This document shows, in pieces, positions 27,215 through 40,843 of a stretch of 64,000 nucleotides of DNA. The notes beneath the pieces were generated by a model. That model searched no databases. It had not been told where the DNA came from and saw only the letters and a program-made list of their open reading frames with translations. How positions within the stretch are numbered: position 1 is the first letter of the stretch; every line of letters begins with the position of its first letter. A program made the translations under genes and the position numbers. Source of the DNA: Paraspadella gotoi (taxonomy: Eukaryota; Animalia; Chaetognatha); the NCBI GenBank assembly GCA_051294375.1, contig CM119263.1, positions 9,912,432-9,976,431 of the forward strand, given 5' to 3'.

Positions 27215-27803
27215 CTTGGAAAAAGATTTTGTACAAGTTTTGATCAAATTAAAAGGGTGCTGTAAAACTATGATAGCCAACTATCGTCCCAAAGGTGTAT
27301 TCATTAACTTTTACATATCATGAGAAACTTAAAAGTTTTTTACTTTAATTTTTCGATTATTCTCGATATTTTTAATTAAGTTATGTTTAAAAAAATTATG
27401 TAGAAAAATTTGGATTGACGACAAATTTTGATACTAAAAAAATCATATTTCAGAAAAATGAAGAAAATAAAAATAAAAATAAAAAAATAAATAAAGAATA
27501 ATAAATAAAAAACAGTAAAATAACTTATTTTCGAGTTTAATTTTTAGCAAGTGCTAAGTCTTTATTGAAGGTACTTTTGTTTTACTTTTAGCCCTCATAA
27601 GCGAGAAGTTTGATCGAATGCGACCTCTCTAAACACTGTCAACATTCCCAGACAAAAGACAAAGTGAAACTTGAATCAGACTGATGAAGTGAAGTAAAGA
27701 CTAAATTGAAGTAAAATGAAGTAAAGTAAAATAAAATAATAAAGTAAATATATATTAAAAAAATATTATTCTGATTGATATTTAGAATATTTGTGGAAAA
27801 AAT

Positions 27804-29048
27804 GGCATTCATGGAGATCAATGCCCTCTGGAGGCCTATGGAAAAACGATGAGCAAGGTTTTTTTAAAGAATTAACAGAAAAAAGAAAAGGAACGAAATA
27901 AATTATGGTTAAAAATAAATTAAAAATAAGTTAACTAGAAAAATAAATCAAGGTTAAAAATAAGTTAGGGGTAAGTTAAGGTTAGGTTTAGGGGTAAGTT
28001 AGGGTTAGGGGTAAGTTAGGGTTAAGGGTAAGCTTGAAGATGCTGTCGGATCAGCGTCATGGAGAAAAGATTTCGCCTCAACGCTCATTGGCGGATCAAG
28101 CGAAAACTAACGAATCAGAGATCGACAAGAAATAGCACAGACTAAAAGAGTTTACATTTTATGAAAATTGAAACGTTTTTTGATGATTGCTTGTGAAATA
28201 CTTAATGTACAATTACGATTGTTGTATTATTAGAATCTACAAAATTGTACCTTTAATTCGATATGTATTTTCACAATGTTTATTGCATTTATCAATTCAT
28301 AAACATTCTATTTGTATGTTTAAAATAACAAACGGATCCGGTGTTAGGGTGAAATTATCAAGTGCTTTCGATCAGGTCCGATCGCGATATACATAAACAT
28401 TGTATTTTGTCAATTGTCGCTGGTTATTATTTTTCGATAATAAACTTTACCTCTACATTAAAAAGTGCTCCTTTAAGCTAGAAATAAAGTTAAGGGTAGA
28501 GGTAAGTTTGGTTAAGGGTAAATTAGAATTAAATTTAAAATTAAGTTTTAGCTTAAGCATACAATAATTTAATTTTTCAAAAAATCATATTTAAATATTA
28601 ATAAATTTATTACAATGAGCATTTAATAATTCGGAGAGAAAGAGATCAAGGTTAAAATTGCCTCTCTTTCTATCTTTTAAAGTTAGTATCCAAACATTTA
28701 TTAAAACTATTAAAACTGGCTGATGAAGGTTCAAAAACAACCAAAACATATCCGAATTATTAAATGATCGTGGTTATCACAAATAAAAACTTTTGTAAAT
28801 ATCTATCGAAAGCAATAAAAAAATATTACATTTACATTTTTTATTACATTTACAATTACTAATATTTAAAAAATATTTTTTAAAGAATTAAAAAAAATTC
28901 CTTAGTTCGTGAAGCTTAAAAACGTTTTTAATATCATCGTTGTTACTGTCTTAAATTTTTTTTTCTGTAAAAAAACGATCTTTATTTTTTCCTTTTTTCT
29001 TTTCGTTTTCCCATACGCCTCCAGAGCGTATTCAACTCCGGGATCGCC
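27804..29048. mobile_element. Non-autonomous TIR element with telomere-like tracts; reverse copy at ~41083-43978 (interrupted)
   Basis: Imperfect ~45-bp TIRs (ggcattcatggagatcaatgccctctggaggc / ggcgatcccggagttgaatacgctctggaggc); internal degenerate TTAGGG runs. Confidence 0.65.
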
Positions 29049-29129
29049 AAAAAAATCCACGAAAATTTCGGATGTAAAATGTAAAAATGGCGATAATAAA
29101 AGTTTTTAGGGGGGAAAAATTAATCAGAG

Positions 29130-29705
29130 AGAGAGAGAGAGAAGCCAAATCGTTTTCAGACGAATCAGCAGCGGCGGCAGCAGCAGCAGCAGCAGCACAC
29201 AGAAAAAAAAAAGAAATCAAAAGGCAGCAGCAGAAGCAGCAGAAGAAAAAGAAAGAGCCCCTGCAGAGCCAGCTGCAAATGAAGAAATCAAAAAGCAGAA
29301 GCAGCAGGAGAAAAGAGAGAAAAAGAATAAACCCCTGCAGAGCCAGCTGCAGACTCGTTTTTTTTCCTTTTGTATATGAATCAGTGACTAGGGAAAAGAG
29401 AGAGGGAGAGAGACATGTAATTAAAAGAAAAAAGAGAGAGAGAAAAATATAAAAAATAAAGAGAAAATTGTGTTGTTTTGATAAAACGTAAACAAAACAT
29501 TTAATAACTGTCCAGACTCAATTTTAAGCACATCGATGATGAGAAGCTGTATATAAATTTTCAGCTTCATACACCCAAATTTACATCATTAAAAAAAGCG
29601 ATCTATAATTTGGAACGCCGACGACAACGCCGACGTCGCCACTTATGCGCAGAAGCGTTACAATATAAAATAATCACTGATGCGAAGAGATTGCGACGAT
29701 AAAAA
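29130..29705 (+). repeat. Interspersed repeat with (GA)n/(GCA)n tracts and terminal hairpin; copies at ~37740-38150, ~54885-55045, ~63040-63486
   Basis: Shared colinear sequence ending in a tcgtcgcaa-acgcaaagcga-ttgcgacga-type stem-loop; probably a second DINE-like family. Confidence 0.65.
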
Positions 29706-29888
29706 CATCAGTGATTATTTTGATGTATTATAAAATAAAATTCAATAATTATTTGCCATTGAAATCTAATGGTAAATTCTATTCTAAGTTTTGATTCACT
29801 ACCCTGTACTTGTGCGCTTATTCATGATAATGAACTTAAGTTTTTAGATTTGGTAGAGGAACAGTAAACTTTTATTAAGGGATATTAC

Positions 29889-30080
29889 CATTGGGACGCT
29901 GTAATTCTTGTTTGAAGAACTTACTATCAGCTTTATCGAGAAATTTGTCAAGGATCGTCTCGGTGAAAACGTCACCACCGTCGTCCGCGGGCTGGCGCGT
30001 GATTTCCACTTTAATAAAAACGGCCCGCTCCATTTCGCTAGTCTCGTCCCAAAAGTAAATTCCGCTACTTCCATCTGAAT
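29889..30080 (-). CDS. DNAH10: DNAH10 exon 3
   Basis: DSDGSSGIYFWDETSEMERAVFIKVE...QRPN; ttccAG acceptor, GTaata donor, phases 1/1. Confidence 0.8.
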
Positions 30081-30925
30081 CTGGAAGATTATCTATTTGG
30101 GCATTAATTGTCATCGAGCGACGAACATTCCCCCACACAACTCAAGTATATCCTTTAACTTTTAATACTAAAACAAAAAAATGTTAATTTTTAGAGGGAT
30201 CTGCTTACAGCAGATCTCAGCTCTATAATCCACTTTGTCGGTCCCACCCCAAAATCTTGCCGGTAAGTCACCTACATCTCAGAATATCGAATTGTGATAA
30301 ATTATGCATTATTAAGATAATCCTTTCTTTTCGTGGAGTTTTGATGTTTCGCGAACACAAAGTTTAAGTTTTTTTTTTTAATAGTTTTGCTAATAAAAAA
30401 AATCGTTGATGTTCAAACTTAAACTTTGTTTTCGCTAAAGATAAATTATGCAAAAAAATTCAAAGCTAACGGGGGACGGATGGACGCACAGAAACTTGAT
30501 TTCCAGCTCAATCATACACTTTCCTACCCACATACAAAATTTTAAGTAAATCGCCCTATCCACTCATGAGTAGTTAGTGTTCAAAGCTAAGGGGGGACGG
30601 ACCGACATAATGAAATATAAAAATTAAAAAATAAAAATTATCTTATGATAATCTTTTAAAAATTTGTTGTGATTTTTGCCCTTTGTGTACATAGACAATT
30701 TTTATTAGCTTTTTTAAAAAACTCATATTTATTAATATTAAAAACCTTTTTCTACATTAAAATTGTTATCAGAAAAGTAAAAGTTAAATTTAAGAACATG
30801 CTTAAATCTAACTTCTGCCCTACCCTATTGACAGATTCAATTATAATATAAATAAAATAAAACTCGATACAAATTTTTGTATATCCAACGATTCTCAATG
30901 AAAAACCTTTGAACAATACTTTTAC

Positions 30926-31033
30926 CGTCGGGTGGCGACGTTTCATTAAAGAAATTTGTCAGCTCTCGATCATTTGATCCATTGTTATATTGAAGAAATT
31001 CTTCAAATATTTGATAATCTTCAATTTCTAAAC
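30926..31033 (-). CDS. DNAH10: DNAH10 exon 2
   Basis: GLEIEDYQIFEEFLQYNNGSNDRELTNFFNETSPPD, similar to DNAH10 IxDxQxFExxLxxxxG...FxN; AG/GT boundaries, phases 1/1. Confidence 0.85.
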
Positions 31034-31152
31034 CTTTAAATTTAATTAATGGAAAGAATGTTAGCAAAGCCGAGAAACAATTCACTATGAGATAAACTTA
31101 TTGCGTTTCAAAAAATCTGAATGGTTGATGCCACAAATTTAAACAGTTTCAC

Positions 31153-31198
31153 CTTGAAAAACTCTCTCCTTGATCCATTCCAACCGGCTGTCATCCAT
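31153..31198 (-). CDS. DNAH10: DNAH10 first coding exon
   Basis: ATG at 31198: MDDSRLEWIKERVFQ(G), matching the DNAH10 start MDDxRxxWxxxRV; GTgaaa donor. Confidence 0.88.
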
Positions 31199-32604
31199 AT
31201 TATGTTTGTGACCATATGCAGTTCGTAGGTCAATTATTTATATACACAACTATATTCAAATAAAAGCAGCAATGCAAAAATCAAAATTATCTAGAAGGTA
31301 TAATTTAACTAATCATAAATGACAAATCAGATAAACAAGATCGGTTCATCCAATGTGTTACGCAGCAGAGACTTTATTTTCACGTGTATTTCTCGTGACA
31401 TGACATGATATGACGCGACATGACATGACTACAATAACTTTCTAAGCCTGTGTATTTATGACACAAACTTCTTCGGAATTTCTTCTTTTATTCTTTATAG
31501 TTTTAGGATTTCCTGAAGGCGACGCAAGCAGTCACTAAAATTTGAGGATTTTTCCCTTCTTAACAAATGAGCAACCAAATATAAGCAAGTTATAAGCATT
31601 TTTAATGTAAGTGGGACAGACCAACGGACAGACATATCGACCGAAATACCGACCGAAAAGTGACATTTGAACCGCGAGTACTTGAGGTGCAACGAAAAAT
31701 GAATCCTACAATATTTTTATGATTTACAACAAAATTGCAAATAAGAAAATGGTTTAAAATAAGTTTTAGTTGGATCCAACCTTTGATTGTTGCTATTGTT
31801 TTGGTAATTGTGGTTGTGATAATAGTTGTGGTTATTGTGATTGCTGAAGGAGTAGTAGTTATTTTGAATGTTATGGTTATAGTAGTTATTACAGATGTAT
31901 TATATATTATAATACCTTTATGCTTTATAAAAATTGATATTCTGACCTGACTAACTTAAGTAAATTAAGTAAATTACAAACAAAACATTTAGGGCGGTCC
32001 AAAAGGTTGATAAAGTCAAGTTTAGAGTCGGGTCTCTTATAACCCGATCTGAAAACAAACTGAAAATATATTACAACAACAAATATAGGGGGCAACCGAC
32101 TTGTAGGAAAAAATTTAAAGTATATTAATACCCCCAAAAAATAATCATATGAATTTAAAAAAAAAGATCAATAGTCCAAGATCAATCCATCTATTATCAT
32201 GTATCATTGATAATAATGATCATAAATATATGATAACAATGTGATCAACATGAAATTAAAAAAATCTTAAAGGTATAGTGATCTCACCAGACGTTACTAT
32301 CAAAGAAAATTAATGAAAAAATCCGGAAAACAAATGATTGATGCGATGACAAATTATTAATGTAATAGTAATTGATAGATTGATGTAATAGTAATTGATT
32401 GATTGATGTAATAGTAATCGATTGATTGATGTAATAATAATTGATTGATGTAATAGTAATTGATAGATTGATATAATAATAATTGATTGATTCATGTAAT
32501 ACTAATTGATTATTTATTGATACGATGATAACCAAATGATTGCTGCGATGATAACCAAATGATTGATGCGATGATAAACAATGATGGATGCGATNNNNNN
32601 NNNN

Positions 32605-33178
32605 TGTCAACAAATTTGAAGAAACTGGAAACCTTGGACGAGCTGTTGGAAGCAAGCGGCTTTGCATGTCCACGAAGAGCAAGGACGATAACTTGGAAAG
32701 TTTCGCAATTCAAGACCGTAAGGCTTCTGCAAGCCAGTTGAGAAAAAATAGAGAGAAGAATTGTTGCCAGTCATTTAACCGTAAATGGGCGGCTTTTCAT
32801 AGAGGATAGAGCTGGATACAAAACCAAAGCCCCCTAAAAATTTCATGAGGAAAACAGGATGGAGGTGCTCGAAGGATAACCTGGAAACTCGCCTAACTGC
32901 AACATCATTAAAAATGTCTGGTCAAAGATGAAAAGGGACATTTTCCAGTACAATGCAATGACAGTCGATAAAATCAAGAAAATTTTAAAACACATTTGGG
33001 GGAGCTGATCCCATCATATTTGCCAAACCTCTACAACTCTGTCTCATGGAAACGGTGTTGGAAACAAATAGTGGTCTGACAATATATTAACTGAGTGCTA
33101 AAAAGTATTATTTTCTTTCAAATAACGAAATAAAATGTATTTATCATAACTATTAAACTTTTTTTGAGCAGATCTGTA
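32605..33178 (+). pseudogene. Decayed Tc1-family transposase
   Basis: KFEETGNL..DRKASASQL (HTH-linker-like) and *PGNSPNCNIIKNVWSKMKR resembling the Tc1 motif WPxxSPDLNPIENVW; stops and frameshifts; ends ...ctg|ta; abuts the N gap. Confidence 0.75.
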
Positions 33179-34842
33179 TAATTAAAAGAGAAAGAAAATA
33201 AAATTTATTTTTAAATTATTTGTTTTCTGAAAAGTTAGTTAACTATATTTATTAATAATTATGAGTAAAAATTAGGTTAAAGTTAAAAATAATAATTTTA
33301 AAATTTTGATCCCGGATTCGCATTTCTTTCAAAATTTAGAAAAACTAAAAACAAAAATTATTGTTTTTAACTATCTTAATAAAAGAATTTGTTAAAATAG
33401 ATTTTACTTTCTATGTTAACTTTTTGCATGAAATTCAAATCCGTTTTAAACTTTAAAATTTTTATTTTTTTACTTGAACCTATTTTTTACTACTAATAAT
33501 TAATAAAAATAACTAGCTGTTAATAAAATATAAAATTTTTAAATAAACTTACCAAATATATATATATATATTATATATATATTATATAAGCTAAATATGA
33601 CTTTTTTAAATACAAGAGTTTTATGCAAAAGAAAATGAGTTGTCTAAAAAAAGTTTCCTTCTTTTTTATCTTTTTTATATCTACACTTTTTATTTACAAT
33701 AATTTCCGGTTCTTATTTATTACTTTTTGTGTTAAACCATTACTATTAAAAATCTTTGCCTTTTCTCAGACTCATGTCAAATGGTTATTACATCATCTCC
33801 ATTAAGATAGATTCAAGGATGAATCTTAATTCATATGTCAAAAAAAGAGCGGTATTAAAAATATATTGATGCTGTAAATGCTCCAGAATATTCTTTTTAT
33901 ATTGTAAAGTATCAATAAAAGTTATAAAGCTCCAGGTAAGCTTTCTGTTAGCAAAGTTAACATTTTTTACTGCTTGCCAAGGAACATTCTTTGCCCTAAA
34001 TCTGATAAAAAATATTTCAGAGATATAATATTAACAATAATGTAAGTTGTCTTCTTGATTAAAAAGAGGTGAAAACAGTAGGAAACAACCTCTTTTGGAA
34101 GTAATTGTATGTATTAAATAATTTTATGCTGTTGAGAAAATTTTTTTATTAAGTCCTAGGGAAGTGATATTACATATTAAAACCTATTTACCGGCCAAAA
34201 AATATATTTGACAATAAAATTAACTGACCTTTCCAAACTGGTATTACTCTGACACCTAATTTCAGGAAAAATTTTTTGCAAAAATCTGTCGACTTTACTA
34301 ACTCTGCTAAGCAACAAAAATATAAAAAAAATGGCGAGTTTCCGAATTATTAGGAGCATAAACTAAAGAATAAACAATACAGAAAAAAATAAAAAATAAA
34401 AGTTGATTTTGGAATTTTGGGGAGGAGAGGGAGAGAGGGGGAAAAAGGATTGAGGGAAAGAAAGACAGAGAAAAAAAGATGAGAATAAGGAATAAAGATA
34501 AAAACAAAGGGAGAAAGAAAGAAAGGGATAAAGAAAAACAAAGTGAGAAAAAAAGGAGAAAGAAAGAAAGGAAAAAGGGAAGAAAGAGAGAGTAAGAAGA
34601 GAAATTATAAATCAGAACCAAAAAGAGAAGATAATGCTTAGATTTAAATAAAAAAAATCTTAAAAGCATAAGGATCGTCGCAATCGCATAAGAAAAATCT
34701 GGATTGACAACAAATTTTGAAAAATTAAATTTGAGAAAAGAAAATTAATTTATAAACAGAAAGAAAAATTCTATTTTGCGATTGTCAATTAAAAAAAATA
34801 ATAAAGTAGCAAGAAAAATTAAAGTTACAGTTACTGAAAAAA

Positions 34843-37615
34843 AACAAGTTTGAGCAAACAATATCGGATCTGCCTACGATAATTAATTAATTAATCGATT
34901 AATTAATTAATTTTAATATGTAATAATTAATTTTAAATTTATATTCAACTTATGATCATCGATGTCCTTAGGACAGTTATTAAATATGTTTTGTTTACAT
35001 TTCATCAAACAAACAAATATCCTATATTTTATTTTATGTCTCCTTCTCTCTCTCTCTCTCTCTCTCTTTTTATGCAATTGCGACGATCTTTATGCTTTTA
35101 AGATTTTTTTAACTTGCATCATTTTTTACATTAATTAATTAATTAATTAAAACATTTATTAGTAATCATTAATATTAAATATTCAAGTAAATGTGACTTA
35201 TGAAATTGGTACAACCAATATAAAAATTATCCATTCATTTAATAAATAAGCTATCTTGCCCTATGTTTTTTCCATCTAAACTCATTTCCACTGGCACAAT
35301 TCTATCAAAACTTTATATAATTATTATATATTAATAAATATTTAAAAGCTTCAGTGCAACAACCCAATGAACTAATTCAAAAAGTTACTTAATAAATCAT
35401 TAGTAGTAAAAGGGAAAAAAAATTTTTAAAAGAACTAGAAGTTATAAAAAGTGTTCAATTTTGGCCCGCCTTACAAGATATTAGGCCGGAACAGGTTGAA
35501 AACTATGAAGTTCTCTCAATAAATAATGGTTAAGCGACTATTAAATAATATGAAAATGAAATAATTTTAAAACTTTTTTATAGATTCTGATAGAGCTTTA
35601 AAAGTTAGATAAAGGTATTAATACAACTTTTTAATTTTTTTTGTTTTATTAATTAAAAATTAAAAAAAAAATAAATTCAGCCAATAATTATAATGATGAT
35701 GATTTTTTAAGGTTTTTTCTATTTTTAACCAATTTATTGTCAAAATTTGAAAAAATTATAATACTAACTTTCATTTAACTTTTTAAGCTCTACAAGAACC
35801 CGTTCTTAAAAAAATAACAATTTTAAAATTTTTTTTTGTCATTTGTTATATATTAATAAATATTTAAAAGCTTCAGTGCAACAACCCAATGAACTAATTC
35901 AAAAGTTACATTGAAAATCGATTTAGTAGTAGAAGGAAAAAAAAAATTTTTTTGAGAGAACTAGAAGTTATAAAAAGTGTTCAATTTTGGCCCGCGTTAC
36001 TAGATATATTGCATGTGATTAAACAATGTTATCGGAATAATAATTTTATAATTTTATGTATTTTGTAAGTATTTTAAGTATTTTTATTCAGTGAGTAAAA
36101 TAATTTTTTATTCGCTAATTTTTATCTCGGACTCTCTCTCTTTCTCACTCTCTCTCTCTCTCTCTTTGCAATTGCAACGATCCTTATGCTCATTTTTCTG
36201 CTTCTTTTCTCTCTCTCTCTCTCTTTGCAATTTCGACGATCCTTATGCTCATTTTTCTGCTCTCTCTTGCATAATTTTTGAAACATTTATTAGTAATCAT
36301 AAATAATAAAGATTCAAGTAAATGTGACTAATGTTTTTTCCATTTAAACTCATTTCCACTGGCACAATTCCATCCAAACTTTATATCTAGCTTCTTTAAA
36401 CACTTTCCTACCCGCTCACAAAATTTCATCTCAATCTATTAAGGGTTAAAATAAGTAGAAAGATTCAAGTAAATGTGACTCATATTTTTTTCATTTAAAC
36501 TCATTTCCACTCGTACGTTTCCACCGAAACTTATATCAAGCATCGTTACACATTTTTCTACCCACACAAAAAATTTTAACTAAATCTATCCATCCAATTA
36601 GATTAATTAGAGTACTTATGGGTTAAAATAAAAAATATTTTAGTAAATGCGACTTATGTTTTTTTCCATTTAAAATCATTTCCACTCATACGATTCCGTC
36701 GAAACTTTATATCCAGCTTTATCACACACTTTCCTATCCACACACAAAATTTCATTCCAATCCAACCAGCCAAACACGAGTTATTTGAGCTTTTTGCTAA
36801 GGTGGACGGATGGACGGATTGATTGACTGATTAATTAATTATTGATTAATTAATTAACTAATTGATTAATTAACTGATTAATTATTTGATTTATTAATAC
36901 ATCCTGCATATACATTTAATATAAAAGGAAAAAGAATCATAATCAATTAGTGAAACCGGTTTTTTGTTTTTTTCCATTTAAACTCATTTCCTCTCAAAAG
37001 ATTCCATCGAAACTTGGTTTCCTGTTCAATCACACACTTTTCTACTCACACACAAAATTCAATTTCGATTTATCTATCAAATTTTAATAAACATAATAAT
37101 TATGAGTAAATTTAAGTAAAAATACTTCAAGTAAATATGACTTTTGTTTTTTCCATTTTAACTCATTTCCACTCGCACGATTCCATCGAAACTTTATATC
37201 CAGCTCAATCACACACTTTCCTACCATCATACAAAATTTCAAGTCAATTGCCCTATCCACTCATGAGCAATAGGCGTTCAAAAAGTGAAATATATTTTTG
37301 TTTTTTCCATTTAAACCAATTTCCACCTCGCACCGATTCCCTCAAAACTTCATATCCATCTCAATCACAGTTTCCTACCAATACACAAAATTTCATACCA
37401 ATCCATCCATCCAATCACGAGTAATTGGAGTTTTTTGCTAAGGTGGGACGGACGGACAGACAGACAGACAGACGGACATCGTTTTTTTTTTGCATAATTA
37501 ATCATAATTCGATATTCTGACATGATATAAGTGTGTGCCCGACAATATTGAGGGGGCGGACCGACAAAGTGAGTTATAGAGTCGGGATCTGCTGATAAGC
37601 AGATCCGACTAAAAA
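34843..37615 (+). mobile_element. Second long copy of the DINE/Helentron-like element
   Basis: Same termini and internal order as 19981-23564, with fewer satellite units. Confidence 0.75.
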
Positions 37616-38689
37616 ATTCATTGTCAAATAAACTGATAAAGAGAGAAAGAAAGAATTTTTGAATTGAATTGTATTAAAGAAACGGGCTTTGGGCTACAAT
37701 TGTTCCCTAAAAGCTACATCAATTTACAGAAATTTAAAGAGAGAGAAGCCAAATCGTTTTCGGACGAATCAGCACCGGCAGCAGCAGAGTCAGCCAGAAA
37801 AAAATAAAAAATTAAAAAGGCAGCAGCAGAAGCAGCAGGAGAAAAGAGAGAAATCAGCAGAAGCAGCTGCAGACTCGTTTTTTTTTTCTGATGCGACTGG
37901 GGAAAAGAGAGAGAGCTACATATACTTAAAAAGAGAGAGAGAAGGAGACATAAAAATAAAAGAAATTTGTTTTTGATAAAACGTAAACAAAACATATTTA
38001 ATAACTGTCCTCACCCAATTTCAAGGACCTCGATGATGAGAAGCTGTATATAAATTTTCAGCTTCATGCACCTAAATTTAATCATCAAAAAGGCAATTGA
38101 TAAGTTGGAACAACGACGACGACAACGCCACTTATGCGCAAAAGCGTTACAAAATCATTGATGCTCATTTAGACGTAAGTGTCCATTTCTGCCCACGAAA
38201 AGCTTAAACAATTTCCAATTTTTAAGCCAATAGTTGAAATAGATTCTTCAACTCAATTAGTTCAAAAACTCTGAAATAACTTTTGTCGTAGCGAATTTTG
38301 ACCCTCTTATCATCAATATTTTGAAAAAAGAACTATATTTTTGTGTTTTTATAACCTATCCAAATCAGCTTTTAAAAAGACATAATTTTTAAAACAATTT
38401 TGACATTTCTTATCTATAAATAAATTTAAGAAAATTAATTACTAGTGCAACGAGTCCATTGAAATTGTTTTAAAAAATGTATAAAGTTTCATTTGGGAAG
38501 TTTCCCAAATAAAACTTCTGACCCTCCCAATTGACATACCTTAAATTTGCCCTACCTATAGTAGCGACATTTTTCTAGGTATATCACCATAAAATATTTT
38601 GTCAACAATGTCTTTACTATGTGAAAAACTTTATAAGTGTTCCGAATTACCCCGTACAACCTTACTAGTTTCAAAATAATTATAATAAC

Positions 38690-40120
38690 TCAATATTTTA
38701 ATACTTCAGAATCGAAATATTTATGAGGCTCTGCAACGGAGTTTTGATCCGGTTTTTCTGCCAATATTCCTTCAAGTAAAGGATCTGCATTCGATTCAGG
38801 CCCTCCTTCAAGTGGAGAATCTAGTTTTGAAGTTTTTGCTTCGCATGAGAAAAAACCAACATCACTGATGTCATTAGGCTGAGGAATCAAGCCTGTTTTT
38901 GTTTTTTTTCCACTTAAAGATTCCGTCGAAGGTGCCGAGTCGTCTAAAGGAGAACAATTCGCGAAATACGGCTCTACGTTGGGTCCAGAATCCAATGTAG
39001 GAACAGGAGCACCTTCAAGTGAAGTCTTTCTTTCAATTTGACAATTTCGATTGGTTTCTTCTAAATCGATTGAATGGTCTTTTATCGTTGTTGGCTTCGC
39101 ATCAATTTTTAATTCAAGCTCTTTGTCCAGTAATAATAAACTGGATTTTGAAACGAGCTCGGTTTCTTTCTTGAGAGGAGAATTTTTATTAACCTCCGAA
39201 ATTTCCTCGTATTGAGAATCCAGTTTGGATTCCGTACTGACATATGCAGCATTCATTGTAGTTACCATAATTGATTTGTTTTCGGAATCCATAAAAAAAT
39301 TTTCCTTCATATTAAAAACTTCTGGGACTTCAAAGTTTTGTAATTCAAATTTAGTTTTTACTTCTTTAAAAGAATCATCAGTTCCAGGACAATTTAAAAT
39401 GTCGTTTAAATTAGTTGGAGATGACATCGCAAGTGACTGAGCGTTCACCTTAGATTCTGTTACTTCTAATAAAATATCTAATGCAGGGGTTAGCACAAAA
39501 TCTGATGCAATATCTTTCTTGGATTCTTCGTCACAAAAAAAATTTAAATGGGAGTCTGAGGAATCCATGCTTTTCGATTTGGGATTCTGAAAAACTTCAG
39601 ATTGATTAGTAGCTTCAGAAGCCAACTCTGCAGCTTCTTTGAAGCTTCGGTCCCGCCTGAGAGAAGAATCATTCTTACAATCTAGTTTACTAATTATATT
39701 GCTTTCTGTTTCATACACCAAATTAACTCCCAGTAAGTGATCAGCCCCCCCAGATTGAGATTGTATGTTGCCTGGAGCTCGCTTATGCAAGTCATTTAAT
39801 ACCAACTCTGGTTTCTCTATAATTTTTACCATTGCCTCATCAGAAATAACCGCGCAGTGGGAAATGTGCTTAGGTTCTTCAGTCAAATTCAAATTTTCTT
39901 CCTTTAAACACGATTGTATTGTATCTTCTGAAAGCGGGACGTCCTCGAAGTCTACAGGGACTGCTGCCAAAATAGTTTCTTCTGAAATTTGAGAATCGGA
40001 CATCTCGATTTTCATTGAATCCACGCTCGCGTCGCCCGATATTTGCTGAGGGCAGCTTTCTTCAACGAAAGTTGGAGGTGAAGTTTCCTTCATCATATCT
40101 TCAGTTTCATTTTTAGCCAC
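38690..40120 (-). CDS. DPY30-domain (DYDC1/2-like) protein, exon 2: long acidic low-complexity tail
   Basis: 476-codon open frame starting directly after tttttAG (40121-40122), in phase with exon 1; E/S/D/K-rich; TGA at 38690-38692. A donor just before the stop cannot be excluded. Confidence 0.8.
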   Translation of the reverse strand: MAKNETEDMMKETSPPTFVEESCPQQISGDASVDSMKIEMSDSQISEETILAAVPVDFEDVPLSEDTIQSCLKEENLNLTEEPKHISHCAVISDEAMVKIIEKPELVLNDLHKRAPGNIQSQSGGADHLLGVNLVYETESNIISKLDCKNDSSLRRDRSFKEAAELASEATNQSEVFQNPKSKSMDSSDSHLNFFCDEESKKDIASDFVLTPALDILLEVTESKVNAQSLAMSSPTNLNDILNCPGTDDSFKEVKTKFELQNFEVPEVFNMKENFFMDSENKSIMVTTMNAAYVSTESKLDSQYEEISEVNKNSPLKKETELVSKSSLLLLDKELELKIDAKPTTIKDHSIDLEETNRNCQIERKTSLEGAPVPTLDSGPNVEPYFANCSPLDDSAPSTESLSGKKTKTGLIPQPNDISDVGFFSCEAKTSKLDSPLEGGPESNADPLLEGILAEKPDQNSVAEPHKYFDSEVLKY

Positions 40121-40267
40121 CTAAAAACAGAAATACGGTAATACAGTAAGTACCTTTAAATTTTTAGAAAGTTAATGGACAAAGGTAAAACTATGCACTT
40201 TCAGCTAAATAAGAGATTTTCGAAAGTAGAAAGACGAAAAACTGCACCATAAATTGGCATAGTTTTA

Positions 40268-40431
40268 CTTTCAGATCGGGCTGTAACACCATGTTCTTGG
40301 CGGTTTAAGCACCCCATCCTTCTTAACTGCTAGGCAGCCACCGGACAAGAAGACCGGACCTGTGGGTTTGCGAAGCGAATGACTTGCCCCCTGTATCAAT
40401 AGACGCTGGTTGGTGATTTTAGTTCACCATA
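40268..40431 (-). mobile_element. Degenerate TRIM family A LTR fragment in the DYDC-like intron
   Basis: Colinear with the family A LTR (ctgtaacacc...tcttaactgctagg...gaatgacttgcc...caccata) with many substitutions. Confidence 0.7.
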
Positions 40432-40463
40432 ATAGAAAAATTCGACAGCTTAAAAGTTCAAAC

Positions 40464-40595
40464 CTTGGTGTTTTTCCACTTTAAAATGTTGTGAGCCAAA
40501 TATTCGATAGGATCGGATGGCCTTTTCATCGCCAATTCCGACAAAGCGAATCTTAGACAATCAGCCAGTTCCATGCGAAGAAAATCCGTATCCAT
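40464..40595 (-). CDS. DPY30-domain (DYDC1/2-like) protein, exon 1
   Basis: MDTDFLRMELADCLRFALSELAMKRPSDPIEYLAHNILKWKNTK contains the Dpy-30 motif RPxDPIEYLA at the extreme N-terminus, as in DYDC proteins; GT donor, phase 0. Confidence 0.88.
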
Positions 40596-40829
40596 TTGTA
40601 TCTCGATTTGGTATTTTTAACGGAGGAGAAAAATCAACTAAGCAGTAAAGTACTGAAATTAAAACAAAACTTCAGGAATTTTCTATATAAAATTTAATTA
40701 TGATAATCTTTAAAAAAAATAATTTCTACTCCATGTTTGCTCTCAAATAAAGCTGAATAAAAAAATATATTTAAAAAACACGAACGAAAAAATGTAACTC
40801 CCAGCATAATTTTCTAAGCGCGTTTGCTT

Positions 40830-40843
40830 GCTGCCAAGGTAAC
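40830..40843. promoter_or_regulatory. Candidate RFX X-box upstream of the DYDC-like gene
   Basis: GCTGCCAAGGTAAC, one mismatch to GTNRCCNNRGYAAC, ~235 bp upstream of the ATG of a predicted ciliary gene. Confidence 0.5.

Noticed and set aside
32150-32604. ORFs spanning GATT/AAT-rich repeats and the N gap
   Set aside because: Low-complexity sequence next to an assembly gap; unreliable.
33770-33935. Plus-strand exon-like segment with good AG/GTAAG sites
   Set aside because: Stops in all three frames and no partner exons; at most a non-coding exon.
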